A stretch of 62,674 nt of DNA. Origin: an uncultured Bacilli bacterium (GTDB taxonomy: Bacteria > Bacillota_I > Bacilli_A > RF39 > UBA660). Below the pieces are notes generated by a model, which saw only the letters and a list, made by a program, of their open reading frames with translations, ran no database searches and was not told the DNA's origin. Both the position numbers and the translations under genes were made by a program. The first letter of the stretch is position 1, and each line of letters opens with the position of its first letter. The stretch covers positions 1-62,674 of the forward strand of contig CARMXJ010000003.1 of NCBI GenBank assembly GCA_949025205.1. Direction: 5' to 3'. This document shows, piece after piece, positions 31,494-41,746 of this stretch.

Positions 31494-32750
31494 ATGATAA
31501 CAAAACCAAAAGGAACTTATGATGTAATTGAAAGGGATGCATTAAAATTACAAAAAATCAATCGAGTGATAGAATACTATTGTGAATTTTATAACTATGA
31601 CTTTATTAGAACCCCAATTTTTGAATCACGTGACTTATTTCATAGAACCGTTGGGGAAGAAACAGATATTGTTACAAAAGAAACCTATGACTTTAAAGAT
31701 AGAAGTGAACGGGATTTAACACTTCGCCCTGAAGGAACCGCTGGAGTAGTTCGTTCGTTTATCGAAAATAAAATGTATGGTTCTTCTATGCCTAGAAAAC
31801 TTTTCTATAATGGCACGATGTATCGATATGAACGACCTGGAAACGGTAGAAATAGAGAATTTACCCAATTTGGAGTAGAAATTTTAGGAAGCAATGACCC
31901 TATAGTAGATGCTGAAGTAATATCTATGCCTTATCGTATGTTTGAGGAACTAGGATTTAAAGATTTAAACGTAAAACTAAACAACTTAGGTTCTAAAGAA
32001 GATAGGGAAAATTACAAGAGTGCTTTAAAAGAATACTTAAGTCCACATATAGATAAATTATGTGAAGACTGTAAAAGAAGATTTAACACGAATCCACTAC
32101 GCATTTTAGACTGTAAAGTAGATAGTGATTCGGAAATTTTAAAAAACGTTCCAAGTATTTTAGATTATCAAAGTGAGGAATCACAAAAAATATTTAAAAA
32201 AGTATTAGAGTATTTAGATTACTTAGATATTGATTACGAAGTAGATGACAAAATAGTCCGTGGACTAGATTACTACGACTACACCGTATTTGAAATTGTA
32301 AGTAGTGCCGAAGTTTTAGGAGGAGCATCTACTATTGCTGCAGGAGGAAGATATAACGACCTAGTAGAAAAACTAGGAGGACCATCAACGCCATGTATTG
32401 GTTTTGCAAGTGGACTAGAACGCGTAATGCTTGCAATGGATGAATTTGAATCTCACGAAAAAAGACCACTTGATTGTTACATTATGTATGTAAACGAAGA
32501 AGAAAAAATAAAAGCGTTAACACTTGCCCAAGACTTACGCTTAAGTGGTGTATCTGTTGATTATGACACAACAGGAAGAAGTCTAAAAAGTCAATTTAAA
32601 GAAGCCGACCGTATGCATGCAGAATTACTCGTCATATTAAATAGTGAAGATTTAAAGAAAGGTTTAATTACCGTAAAGGATAACATCACCAAAGAAGAAA
32701 CAAAAATAGATGAAAATGAAATCATAGATTATATTGTAACAAATGGATAG
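31494..32750 (+). CDS. hisS: Histidine--tRNA ligase
   Basis: KGTYDV, LRPEGTAGVVRS, YRYERPGNGRNREFTQFGVE, GGGRYD-like AAGGRYNDL. Confidence 0.95.
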   Translation: MITKPKGTYDVIERDALKLQKINRVIEYYCEFYNYDFIRTPIFESRDLFHRTVGEETDIVTKETYDFKDRSERDLTLRPEGTAGVVRSFIENKMYGSSMPRKLFYNGTMYRYERPGNGRNREFTQFGVEILGSNDPIVDAEVISMPYRMFEELGFKDLNVKLNNLGSKEDRENYKSALKEYLSPHIDKLCEDCKRRFNTNPLRILDCKVDSDSEILKNVPSILDYQSEESQKIFKKVLEYLDYLDIDYEVDDKIVRGLDYYDYTVFEIVSSAEVLGGASTIAAGGRYNDLVEKLGGPSTPCIGFASGLERVMLAMDEFESHEKRPLDCYIMYVNEEEKIKALTLAQDLRLSGVSVDYDTTGRSLKSQFKEADRMHAELLVILNSEDLKKGLITVKDNITKEETKIDENEIIDYIVTNG

Positions 32751-32760
32751 GAGAATAAAT

Positions 32761-34125
32761 ATGGATTTAAAAGAACTTTTTGAAAATATAGAAAACTTAG
32801 TAAACAAAGAAGTAGAGTTAAATGGCTGGATTCGTAACCATCGGCGCCAAAAAGAATTTGGATTTATTGATTTTTCTGATGGAACTTGCTTTAAACATAT
32901 CCAAATCGTATATGATAATACGCTAGAGAATTTTGAAAGTATTAATAAACTATTAGTAGGTTGTGCCCTAAATATTAAAGGTGAACTTATTCCATCAAGT
33001 GGGTCCCAAGACTATGAAATAAAAGCAAATGAAATAACTCTTTTAGGAGATTGCCCAGAAGATTATCCCATTCAACCCAAAAGACATACAAGAGAATTCT
33101 TAAGAGAACAGGCTTACCTTCGTCCTAGAACCAATCTTTTTCAAGCCGTATTTCGAGTTCGTAGTGTTGCAGCATACGCTATCCATAAATACTTTCAAGA
33201 AAATGGATTTGTCTACTTCCATGCTCCTTTAATTACAGCAAGTGACTGTGAAGGTGCTGGAGAAATGTTTCAAGTAACAACCCTTCCTCTTGATAAAATA
33301 AAAGGAGATGTAGATTACACCAAAGACTTCTTTGGAAAAATGACAAATCTTACTGTAAGTGGTCAATTAGAAGCCGAAACGTTTGCGACAGCTTATAAAA
33401 AAACGTACACTTTTGGCCCAACCTTTAGAGCAGAAAATTCAAATACAAAAACCCATGCTGCTGAATTTTGGATGATAGAACCAGAAATGTGCTTCACCGA
33501 TTTAGATGGCAATATGGACATTATGGAAAGTATGTTAAAATACATCGTTTCTTATGTTTTAGAAAATTGCAAAGACGAAATGGATTTCTTTGATAATTTC
33601 GTAGAAAAAGGAATAAAAGAAAAGCTAAACAAACTAATAAATAGTAATTTCACCAGAATTGATCATGAAGAAGCCATTAAAATACTAAAGAATGCCGATG
33701 TAAAATGGGAATTTGAGCCCGAATATGGAGAGGATATCGCTAAAGAACATGAGAAATACATAACAGAATACTTTAATGGACCTGTATTCATTAAAAACTG
33801 GCCAAAAGATATAAAAGCATTCTATATGAAACAAAATGAAGACGGGAAAACCGTTGCTGCTGTAGACTTGGAGGTCCCTGGAGCAGGAGAACTAATGGGT
33901 GGTTCCCAAAGAGAAGAAGATTACGAAAAACTCATTAATCGTATGAAAGAAATGCATGTAAACCCAGAAGAACTAGATTGGTATCTAAACTTAAGAAAAT
34001 ACGGCACATGCGTACATTCTGGATTCGGTATGGGATTTGAAAGACTTTTAATCTATCTAACTGGAGTAGATAATATTCGTGATGTCATTCCTTATCCAAG
34101 AACACCAGGAAATTGCGAGTTTTAA
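32761..34125 (+). CDS. asnS: Asparagine--tRNA ligase
   Basis: GWIRNHRRQKEFGFIDFSDG; class IIb motifs FRAENSNTKTHAAEFWMIEPE and GFGMGFERL. ATG 32761 follows TAGGAG. Confidence 0.92.
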   Translation: MDLKELFENIENLVNKEVELNGWIRNHRRQKEFGFIDFSDGTCFKHIQIVYDNTLENFESINKLLVGCALNIKGELIPSSGSQDYEIKANEITLLGDCPEDYPIQPKRHTREFLREQAYLRPRTNLFQAVFRVRSVAAYAIHKYFQENGFVYFHAPLITASDCEGAGEMFQVTTLPLDKIKGDVDYTKDFFGKMTNLTVSGQLEAETFATAYKKTYTFGPTFRAENSNTKTHAAEFWMIEPEMCFTDLDGNMDIMESMLKYIVSYVLENCKDEMDFFDNFVEKGIKEKLNKLINSNFTRIDHEEAIKILKNADVKWEFEPEYGEDIAKEHEKYITEYFNGPVFIKNWPKDIKAFYMKQNEDGKTVAAVDLEVPGAGELMGGSQREEDYEKLINRMKEMHVNPEELDWYLNLRKYGTCVHSGFGMGFERLLIYLTGVDNIRDVIPYPRTPGNCEF

Positions 34126-34127
34126 GT

Positions 34128-34913
34128 ATGGATTTAGTAAATATAATTTATCGTTACGTTCAAAGATTTATAAATAGTGAAGAATTAATAAATCTTTTAG
34201 AAAATATTGATAAAAATAAATTTGCTGACGATGAAACAGAAGCTCTTAATAAACTTCTATTAGAAGTGAAGGAAATAATAAAAACGATCCCCAATGAAAT
34301 TGATGCTGTTGAAAAAAATAGATTAAAAACGATTAATCGTATGTTATCATCACTTAAGAAAACTTTAGAAAGTGATAATTTAGATGAAAAAGGAAAAGAG
34401 TTTCTTGAAAATCAATATAATAATATGCTAAAAAATAAAGAAAAAGTCCGGGATAGCGGATTAAGATATGAAAAACTATTTGAACTTCTAACCCATTTTC
34501 CCATATATAATCATTATTGCTTGCAAATGGATGATTTAACACTCTTAGAATTTATTACACAGTATATATCAGTTCCATTACCACCACCAATTAGTCAAAA
34601 AGATTTTGATGAATTAATCGAAGTCGGTATTAAAGAAGATAAAAGAGAATCTTTATGGCGTATGGCTATGAATTACAATCGCAAAAACAAAGATTTTTCT
34701 AAAATAGAAGACTATTTTATATCAATAAGAGATGACTATTATTTGGCAGAATTAATTAGTGGAGTAGAAGAAGACTTAGATTTAGATAGATTAATTGATA
34801 AAGTTTTAAGGACTAAAGATAATGATTTTATAAAAAAATTAGCAAATACTTCTTATTTAGAACCGATATTTACAGATGAGCAAAAAGAAAAAATAAAGAA
34901 TGGAATTAAATAA
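34128..34913 (+). CDS. Hypothetical helical protein embedded in the aaRS operon
   Basis: ORF with no recognised motif; starts 3 nt after the asnS stop. Confidence 0.45.
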   Translation: MDLVNIIYRYVQRFINSEELINLLENIDKNKFADDETEALNKLLLEVKEIIKTIPNEIDAVEKNRLKTINRMLSSLKKTLESDNLDEKGKEFLENQYNNMLKNKEKVRDSGLRYEKLFELLTHFPIYNHYCLQMDDLTLLEFITQYISVPLPPPISQKDFDELIEVGIKEDKRESLWRMAMNYNRKNKDFSKIEDYFISIRDDYYLAELISGVEEDLDLDRLIDKVLRTKDNDFIKKLANTSYLEPIFTDEQKEKIKNGIK

Positions 34914-34930
34914 AAAAAGAGGAAAAAAGA

Positions 34931-35275
34931 ATGAAAATTATAAAAAAATATAGTAAAGAAATCGAAAAAGAAGATGCCCATGGCGGTAGTGGAAGCAGAA
35001 AATTATACATAGAAGACAATGAATTTAGCACTATCCAAGGAATGACTTATGGATGGCTTCCAATTGGAAACAAGTATGCATGGCATAATCATGAAGATAT
35101 TGATGAAATTATGTTTGTAATAAAAGGAACAGGAATAGTAAAGGATGAAGATGGAGAATATCGATACGAATCTGGGGATGTCTTTATGTATCCTGCTAAT
35201 ATATTTCATGAAATTTACAATGATGGAAATCTAGAATCAGAATTTGTTTTCGTAAGAATACATAATACTAAATAA
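34931..35275 (+). CDS. Cupin-domain protein
   Basis: Cupin motifs WHNHEDIDEIMFVIKGTG and GDVFMYPANIFHEIYN. Confidence 0.7.
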   Translation: MKIIKKYSKEIEKEDAHGGSGSRKLYIEDNEFSTIQGMTYGWLPIGNKYAWHNHEDIDEIMFVIKGTGIVKDEDGEYRYESGDVFMYPANIFHEIYNDGNLESEFVFVRIHNTK

Positions 35276-35306
35276 AATATTGAAAAAAGAAAGAAGAGAA
35301 TAACAC

Positions 35307-37070
35307 ATGAAACAATATAACAATGGAGAATTTAGAAAAAAAGACATTGGCAAGGAATATACCGTATATGGCTGGGTAAACAAACGTAGAGATATGGGAG
35401 GAGTCATATTTGTTGACCTTCGTGACCGCTCTGGCTTTTTGCAAATCGTATTTAATCGCAGTTTTTTAAAAAATGATTTTGCTCTAGCAGAGAGTCTAAA
35501 AAATGAATACTGTATTAAAGTAACTGGAGAGTTAATTGCGAGAACTGATGATATGATAAACCCAAAAATTCCAACAGGTGAAGTAGAATTAATGGTTCGT
35601 GATTTAGAAATACTAAGCGAATGCGAAACATTACCATTTAACGTCTACGAAGACAAAGAAGTAAACGAAAACGTAGGATTAAAATATCGTTATTTGGATT
35701 TAAGAAGAGAAAAACTACAAAATACAATCAAAACAAGAGCTATGATTACATCTTCAGTAAGAGAATACTTAAATAACTTAGATTTTTTGGAAATAGAAAC
35801 TCCAATTCTTTGTAAATCAACACCAGAAGGAGCAAGAGACTATATTGTACCTTCTAGAATTAATAAAGGAGCCTTTTATGCTTTACCCCAAAGTCCTCAA
35901 ATTTTTAAACAACTTTTAATGGTAGGTGGATTTGAGAAATACTATCAAATCGCAAAGTGTTTCCGTGATGAAGACTTACGTGCAGATAGACAACCAGAAT
36001 TCACCCAAATTGACTTAGAAATGAGCTTTGCAAATCAAGAAGACATCATAACTCTTGTAGAAGGCATGATTAAACATGTTGTAAAAAAGGTAAAAAACAT
36101 TGAACTTTCTGATTTTCCAAGAATGCCTTATAAAGAAGCAATGGAACGTTTTGGTTCTGATAAACCTGATACAAGATTTGCCATGGAACTAAATGATTTA
36201 ACAGAAATTTTAAAAGGAACAAAAATGAATGTATTTAATAATGTCATAGAAAGTGGTGGCATGGTAAAATGCTTAATCGTTAAAAATAACGGAGATAAAT
36301 ATTCAAGAAGCGATGTAGAACACCTAACAGATTTCGTTAAAATTTATGGTGCGAAAGGTCTTGCTTGGCTAAAATACGATAACGATACCTTTAATGGAGT
36401 CATTGCCAAAAACTTAGAAGATGAAAAACTAGAATTAATGAAAACCACTTACAATATCGAAAATAATGATTTAATCTTAATCGTAGCAGATAAAGCAAAA
36501 ATAGTATATGACTCTCTTGGTGCGTTGCGTCTAAAAATTGCGAATGAATTAAATTTAATTGACAAAGAAAAACTAAATTTCTTATGGGTAGTAGATTTTC
36601 CTATGTTTGAATATTCTGAAACCGACAAACGTTTTAAAGCGATGCATCATCCATTTACAATGCCAAGTGACCTAGACAAAGTAAAAAATGACAAAGAAAA
36701 TTGCTTAAGTATTGCTTATGACATTGTATTAAATGGTTACGAATTAGGAGGAGGTTCTGTTCGTATTCACGACCCAAAAATACAAAAAATTGTATTTGAT
36801 GCGCTAGGATTAACAGAAGAAGATATTAAAGCAAAATTTGGATTCTTTATTGATGCATTCAAATTTGGAGCACCTCCTCATGCTGGACTTGCCATTGGAC
36901 TAGAAAGATTTACAATGCTTTTATCTGGAACAGACAACATGAAAGATGTTATAGCATTCCCTAAAACCCAAAGTGCGAGTGACTTAATGAGCGAAGCACC
37001 AAGTATTGTTGCGGAAAGTCAACTAGAAGAACTAGGAATAAAAGTAGTAGAGGAGGAAGAAAATGCCTAA
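35307..37070 (+). CDS. aspS: Aspartate--tRNA ligase
   Basis: GWV..RRDMGGVIFVDLRDRSG, FRDEDLRADRQPEFTQID, GGGSVRIH, GLAIGLERF. Confidence 0.95.
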   Translation: MKQYNNGEFRKKDIGKEYTVYGWVNKRRDMGGVIFVDLRDRSGFLQIVFNRSFLKNDFALAESLKNEYCIKVTGELIARTDDMINPKIPTGEVELMVRDLEILSECETLPFNVYEDKEVNENVGLKYRYLDLRREKLQNTIKTRAMITSSVREYLNNLDFLEIETPILCKSTPEGARDYIVPSRINKGAFYALPQSPQIFKQLLMVGGFEKYYQIAKCFRDEDLRADRQPEFTQIDLEMSFANQEDIITLVEGMIKHVVKKVKNIELSDFPRMPYKEAMERFGSDKPDTRFAMELNDLTEILKGTKMNVFNNVIESGGMVKCLIVKNNGDKYSRSDVEHLTDFVKIYGAKGLAWLKYDNDTFNGVIAKNLEDEKLELMKTTYNIENNDLILIVADKAKIVYDSLGALRLKIANELNLIDKEKLNFLWVVDFPMFEYSETDKRFKAMHHPFTMPSDLDKVKNDKENCLSIAYDIVLNGYELGGGSVRIHDPKIQKIVFDALGLTEEDIKAKFGFFIDAFKFGAPPHAGLAIGLERFTMLLSGTDNMKDVIAFPKTQSASDLMSEAPSIVAESQLEELGIKVVEEEENA

Positions 37071-37368
37071 ATTTACAAGTGAGCTCGTAGATGATTTAGC
37101 AGCCAAACTTTTAATTGGCTTAAGTCCTGAAGAAAACCAAATGGTTCTAGATGAATTTTCTATCATTGATGAAAATCTAGGCAAAGTAGAAAATTTTGAA
37201 AATATAAAAAAAGTAGAACCTATGACCCATTGTTTAGATGATTTTACTTGTACTTTAAGAGAAGATAAAGTAGAACCTTCTATTCCTATTGAGGATGCTT
37301 TAAAAAATTGTGATGTAGTAGAAGGAAGAGAAATAGAGGTACCAAAAGTAGTTGGAGGAGAAAATTAA
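37063..37368 (+). CDS. gatC: Asp/Glu-tRNA amidotransferase subunit C
   Basis: ~100 aa with LAKLL-like LAAKLLIGLSPEE, directly before gatA/gatB with overlapping stop/starts. Confidence 0.85.
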   Translation: MPKFTSELVDDLAAKLLIGLSPEENQMVLDEFSIIDENLGKVENFENIKKVEPMTHCLDDFTCTLREDKVEPSIPIEDALKNCDVVEGREIEVPKVVGGEN

Positions 37369-38816
37369 TGGATAAAACAATTGAAGAGTTACATGAATTA
37401 TTAAAGACAAATCAAATAACCAGCAAAGAATTAATCGAAGAATCTCTTAAAAAATCACATGATATTCAAGAACGTTACAACGCTTTTGTAACCATTTTAG
37501 ATGAAGCAGAAGAAACTCCTATAACAGATAATTTCCTTTCCGGTATTCCTTTTGGAATTAAAGATAATTATTCTACTAAAGATATTTTATCAACTGGTTC
37601 TTCTAATACTTTAAAAGATTATGTTCCCTTTTTTAACGCTACTGCTGTCCAAAAACTTTTAGATGCAGGAGCAGTTCCTGTAAACAAAACCGTTCTAGAT
37701 GAATTTGGAATGGGTGGTACTGGAACAACGGGACACACTGGCATTGTCAAAAATCCGTGGGATCCTACTCGTATGACAGCAGGTTCTAGTGCAGGGTCTG
37801 CTTGCGCGGTAGCAGCTGGAGTATATCCTTATGCTCTAGGAAGTGACACAGGAGATTCAATAAGAAAACCTGCCGCTTACTGTGGTATTGTGGGATACAA
37901 ACCAACATATGGTATGATTTCTAGATTCGGTTTATTTCCCTTTGCATCTAGTTTAGACCATTGTGGTGTTTTAACAAGAAGTGTAGCAGATGCGGCAATT
38001 GTAGTAGACACCATGAAAGGAATCGATGAAAAAGATATGACTTCTTGGGATTCTAGTAACATGCATTTGTATGAAAACATAGACAAAGAAATAAAAGGAA
38101 AGAAATTGTGCTACATCAAAGAATTGTGTGACATTGACTTTTATGAAAATCCTACAGAAGAATTAAAAATGCACTTAGAAAATTTTAAAGAAAAACTAGA
38201 ACTATGTAAAAATTTAGGAATGGAAGTAGAAGGCGTTTCCGTAAACCAAAAGTTACTTGATGCACTACCTAGTGTTTATGTAGCCATTTCTTGTGCGGAA
38301 GCCACAAGCAACATGTCAAATTTAACAGGAATTATTTTTGGGCCAAGAGGAAATGGAAAAAATGTTACCGAAATGATGATGGACCATCGAACAAAAGGTT
38401 TTTCTCCTTTAATCAAACGCCGTTTTATTATTGGGTCTTATATCTTACAAAAAGAAAATCAAGAAAGATATTTCAAAAATGCAGGGAGAGTAAGAAGATT
38501 ACTTGTCGATACTTGGAAAAAATTATACGAGAGTTACGATGCTGTTATTTTACCTGTAGGAAGCGGTCCTGCAAAACACTTAGACGGTTCTAAAGATATC
38601 TTAACCAAAGATACTGCTGCTTTAGAGGAGCACCTACAAATTGGAAACTTTGGTGGCTTTCCTTCTATTACGATACCTGATGGGTTTATAAACGGACTCC
38701 CCGTTGCCTTAAACATTACCGGAAATTGCTATGAAGATGAAAAAGTTCTAAATATTGCATATGCTTTAGAGAGCGCAATGCCTTACAAAAATCAAATAGC
38801 CAAGGAGGTGCGTTAA
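37368..38816 (+). CDS. gatA: Asp/Glu-tRNA amidotransferase subunit A
   Basis: Amidase signature GGSSAGSA-like TAGSSAGSACAVAAG and GSDTGDSIRKPAA. Confidence 0.95.
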   Translation: MDKTIEELHELLKTNQITSKELIEESLKKSHDIQERYNAFVTILDEAEETPITDNFLSGIPFGIKDNYSTKDILSTGSSNTLKDYVPFFNATAVQKLLDAGAVPVNKTVLDEFGMGGTGTTGHTGIVKNPWDPTRMTAGSSAGSACAVAAGVYPYALGSDTGDSIRKPAAYCGIVGYKPTYGMISRFGLFPFASSLDHCGVLTRSVADAAIVVDTMKGIDEKDMTSWDSSNMHLYENIDKEIKGKKLCYIKELCDIDFYENPTEELKMHLENFKEKLELCKNLGMEVEGVSVNQKLLDALPSVYVAISCAEATSNMSNLTGIIFGPRGNGKNVTEMMMDHRTKGFSPLIKRRFIIGSYILQKENQERYFKNAGRVRRLLVDTWKKLYESYDAVILPVGSGPAKHLDGSKDILTKDTAALEEHLQIGNFGGFPSITIPDGFINGLPVALNITGNCYEDEKVLNIAYALESAMPYKNQIAKEVR

Positions 38817-40273
38817 TGGCAAATTTTATAACAAAAATTGGACTTGAGATGCATTGTGAAATGAGCAAAACAAATTCGAAAGTATTTTCAAGCGCCAAAA
38901 ATGCCTATAGCGAAATACCAAATAGCAACATAAGACCTCTTGATATGGGGTTTCCAGGTACTTTACCAGTTGTAAATAAAGAAGCAGTCAAATTATCCTT
39001 AATGGCAAGTATGATTTTACATTGTAGGCAACCTGAATATATGTACTTCGAAAGAAAAAATTATTATTATCCCGATATGCCTAAAAATTACCAAATAACC
39101 CAAAATCCCCCAGAAGATTGTGTCGGAATGGATGGATATCTTGATGTAGAACGGGAAGACGGTTCTTTGTTTAGAGTCGGAATTGATAATATCCATTTAG
39201 AAGAAGATGCCGCAAGTCTTGACCACTACTACGATACATCTTGCATTGATTATAACCGTGCTGGCGTGCCCTTACTAGAACTCGTAACCAACCCAGATAT
39301 CCATAGTGCAAGTGATGCCGTTGCCTTTTTAGAACAAATGCGTAGCATTTACCAATATGCAAACATTAGTGAAGCAGACTCTAAAAAAGGGCAAATACGA
39401 TGCGATGTCAATGTTTCTATTATGGATGCCGATTTAGATGAAGAAAATCCTGAAAATTGGGGAACAAAAGTAGAAATTAAAAACATCAATTCCTTTGGAG
39501 GCGTAAGAGATGCCATAAACTATGAAATCAAACGCCAAAGTGAATTAAAGAGTCTTGGAAGATACAACGAAGTAGAACAAGAAACAAGAAGATGGGATGA
39601 AGAATCAGGGACTACCATTCGCATGCGAAGCAAAGTAGATGCTATTGATTATAAATATTTTGTCGACCCTAATATTCCAAAATTTAAAATTGAAGCTTCT
39701 TGGCTAGAGGAAATAAGAAAAAGTATTCCTTTGCTCCCTTTAGAAAGAAAAGAAAAATATATACAAGAATATGGGCTTTCTGCATACGATGCAAAAGTCA
39801 TTGTAAAAGAAAGAGAATACGCCGAATATTTTGAGAGCTGTTTAGAAATAGGAATGGATGCTAAAACAAGTGCAAATTGGTTAACTACCCAAATTCTAGG
39901 AGAAATAAATAGAACAAACACAAATATAAAAGATTTCTATCTAACACCACAACGTTTAAAGCAAATTACAGATGAAGTAAATAAGGGAACCATCTCTTCC
40001 AAACAAGCAAAAGAAATATTCTATAAAGCAATAGAAGAACAAAAAGAGCCATCTTCTTATATAAGTAGTGATATGGCGCAAATCTCAGATAAAAAAGAAT
40101 TAGAAACCATCATTACAAAAATCTTAGAAGACAATGCATCACAAGTAGAAGAATACAAAAAGGGAAAAGATAATCTATTTGACTACTTTGTAGGACAAGT
40201 CATGAAAAATACATGTGGAAAAGCAAATCCAGTTATTACAAAAGAAATATTAAAAGATAAATTAGACAAATAG
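38816..40273 (+). CDS. gatB: Asp/Glu-tRNA amidotransferase subunit B
   Basis: IGLEMHCE, NRAGVPLLELVT, RCDVNVS, VEIKNINSF, and a C-terminal YqeY-like tail. Confidence 0.95.
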   Translation: MANFITKIGLEMHCEMSKTNSKVFSSAKNAYSEIPNSNIRPLDMGFPGTLPVVNKEAVKLSLMASMILHCRQPEYMYFERKNYYYPDMPKNYQITQNPPEDCVGMDGYLDVEREDGSLFRVGIDNIHLEEDAASLDHYYDTSCIDYNRAGVPLLELVTNPDIHSASDAVAFLEQMRSIYQYANISEADSKKGQIRCDVNVSIMDADLDEENPENWGTKVEIKNINSFGGVRDAINYEIKRQSELKSLGRYNEVEQETRRWDEESGTTIRMRSKVDAIDYKYFVDPNIPKFKIEASWLEEIRKSIPLLPLERKEKYIQEYGLSAYDAKVIVKEREYAEYFESCLEIGMDAKTSANWLTTQILGEINRTNTNIKDFYLTPQRLKQITDEVNKGTISSKQAKEIFYKAIEEQKEPSSYISSDMAQISDKKELETIITKILEDNASQVEEYKKGKDNLFDYFVGQVMKNTCGKANPVITKEILKDKLDK

Positions 40274-40327
40274 TCTTTCTAGTTTATCTTTTTTCATTTT
40301 TTTAGCCATTTACAAAAATAAAAAGAC

Positions 40328-40783
40328 ATGTTAGAATACAAATCGATTTCAAAAAAAGGGGATTATCACAAAATGAAAATAAAAAAAATAAAAAAGCAAA
40401 AAGATTATAATGCAATGCCTATTAAAATATTAAAAAACGAATTAAAAAGTTTTAAAAGAGCTTTAAAAATAGAAAAATATAGCATTTTTGCAAGTTATGC
40501 ATTAAATATAATAGCAGTTCAAAATTTTATAGAGGCATTTAAAAATTATCTAGAAGCACACCAAGAACCACTATTCAATCATGAATTAAACCAACTTCGC
40601 ATGTTTATGGCTGACCAAAACCTTGGAATCAGCGGTGGAGCTGAGCTATTCACTATTTTTGCAACAATTGCCTTGTTATATGTGCATGGTTATGACAACC
40701 AACAAAAAGCAACAATAGAAACAGTAATGGATATAAAAAGTGAGAAAGAAAGTAAAGAGAGAAAATTAACAAGAACAAGATAA
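40328..40783 (+). CDS. Hypothetical protein
   Basis: 151-aa ORF (possibly starting at a later ATG); one hydrophobic segment GGAELFTIFATIALLYV. Confidence 0.4.
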   Translation: MLEYKSISKKGDYHKMKIKKIKKQKDYNAMPIKILKNELKSFKRALKIEKYSIFASYALNIIAVQNFIEAFKNYLEAHQEPLFNHELNQLRMFMADQNLGISGGAELFTIFATIALLYVHGYDNQQKATIETVMDIKSEKESKERKLTRTR

Positions 40784-40842
40784 ACTTTAAAACAATTGGT
40801 TTATCTTTTTTTCTTTTATGGTATACTAAAATAGTGATAAAT

Positions 40843-41706
40843 ATGAAAAAAATAAATAGAATATTAAAAAATATAATCAATTCCCTTACCAATATGCGCA
40901 TTAGTACTATTTATAAACTAATTGGCATTATTTTATTAATTGGAATTCTTTTTTGGGTATATAAAACCATGACGAAAAGTGAAAAAGTAGAAAATAAACC
41001 AAATATTGTTTTAACAGGTACTATCACAAACAAAGGAGAAGGCTATATCATTATAAAAGATTCTAGCCAAAACGAATATTTAATAAATAGCATCAATGAA
41101 ACAAATTACGCAATAGGTAGTGAGGTAAATGCAAGTGTTGCAACCATAATAGAACAAGGAAATAAAACAAAACCCACAACGATTACAAGCAATGAAATAT
41201 TCGTGACAAAAGAAAATGCAAAAAACAAAAACGCCGATGCAGAAATTTTAGCTTATCTAAAAGAAACAGAAAATGATTTTGAAGATACAAATAAACAAGA
41301 AGAAGCAAAAATGCGTTTTATAAGTATCGTAGACTTTTTATTCTATGAAGGCAAAATAAATGGGTATACACTAAACGATGTAACGAATAAAACCAAATTA
41401 CAAGTATTAAAAATAGCATTATCCATTGATAGCAAAATTGAAAATACTTTCCCAGGTTATAAAGAATCTTTATCAAACACAGGAAAAATATATACAGGAA
41501 TTAAAAATAAAATCATTGAAAGTTATTTGACATTAACAACAAATATATGTGAATTTGATGCAAATTTATGCCAAACAGCTCAAAATGACTTTGGGGAAAT
41601 GAAAGACGCATTTTCTATCACTTGGAATGTAATTAGAAATTTAATAGCAGGTACTACTGAAACATTACAAGACTGGTACGAAATTTATAGTGGCAAAAAA
41701 GAGTAG
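40843..41706 (+). CDS. N-terminally membrane-anchored hypothetical protein
   Basis: TM LIGIILLIGILFWVY then a ~240-aa soluble domain; stop lies 31-40 nt upstream of the HerA-like gene. Confidence 0.5.
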   Translation: MKKINRILKNIINSLTNMRISTIYKLIGIILLIGILFWVYKTMTKSEKVENKPNIVLTGTITNKGEGYIIIKDSSQNEYLINSINETNYAIGSEVNASVATIIEQGNKTKPTTITSNEIFVTKENAKNKNADAEILAYLKETENDFEDTNKQEEAKMRFISIVDFLFYEGKINGYTLNDVTNKTKLQVLKIALSIDSKIENTFPGYKESLSNTGKIYTGIKNKIIESYLTLTTNICEFDANLCQTAQNDFGEMKDAFSITWNVIRNLIAGTTETLQDWYEIYSGKKE

Positions 41707-41746
41707 GCTATGATATACTTTAAAAGAAAATAAAGAGGTGTTAAAA

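Noticed and set aside
38291-38593. Alternative-frame plus-strand ORFs inside genes: 38291-38593 in gatA, 42060-42344 and 42498-42695 in the HerA-like gene, and 17589-17813
   Set aside because: They overlap conserved-motif-bearing frames, have Arg/Lys/Cys-rich or otherwise nonsense-like composition, and have no independent start signals.
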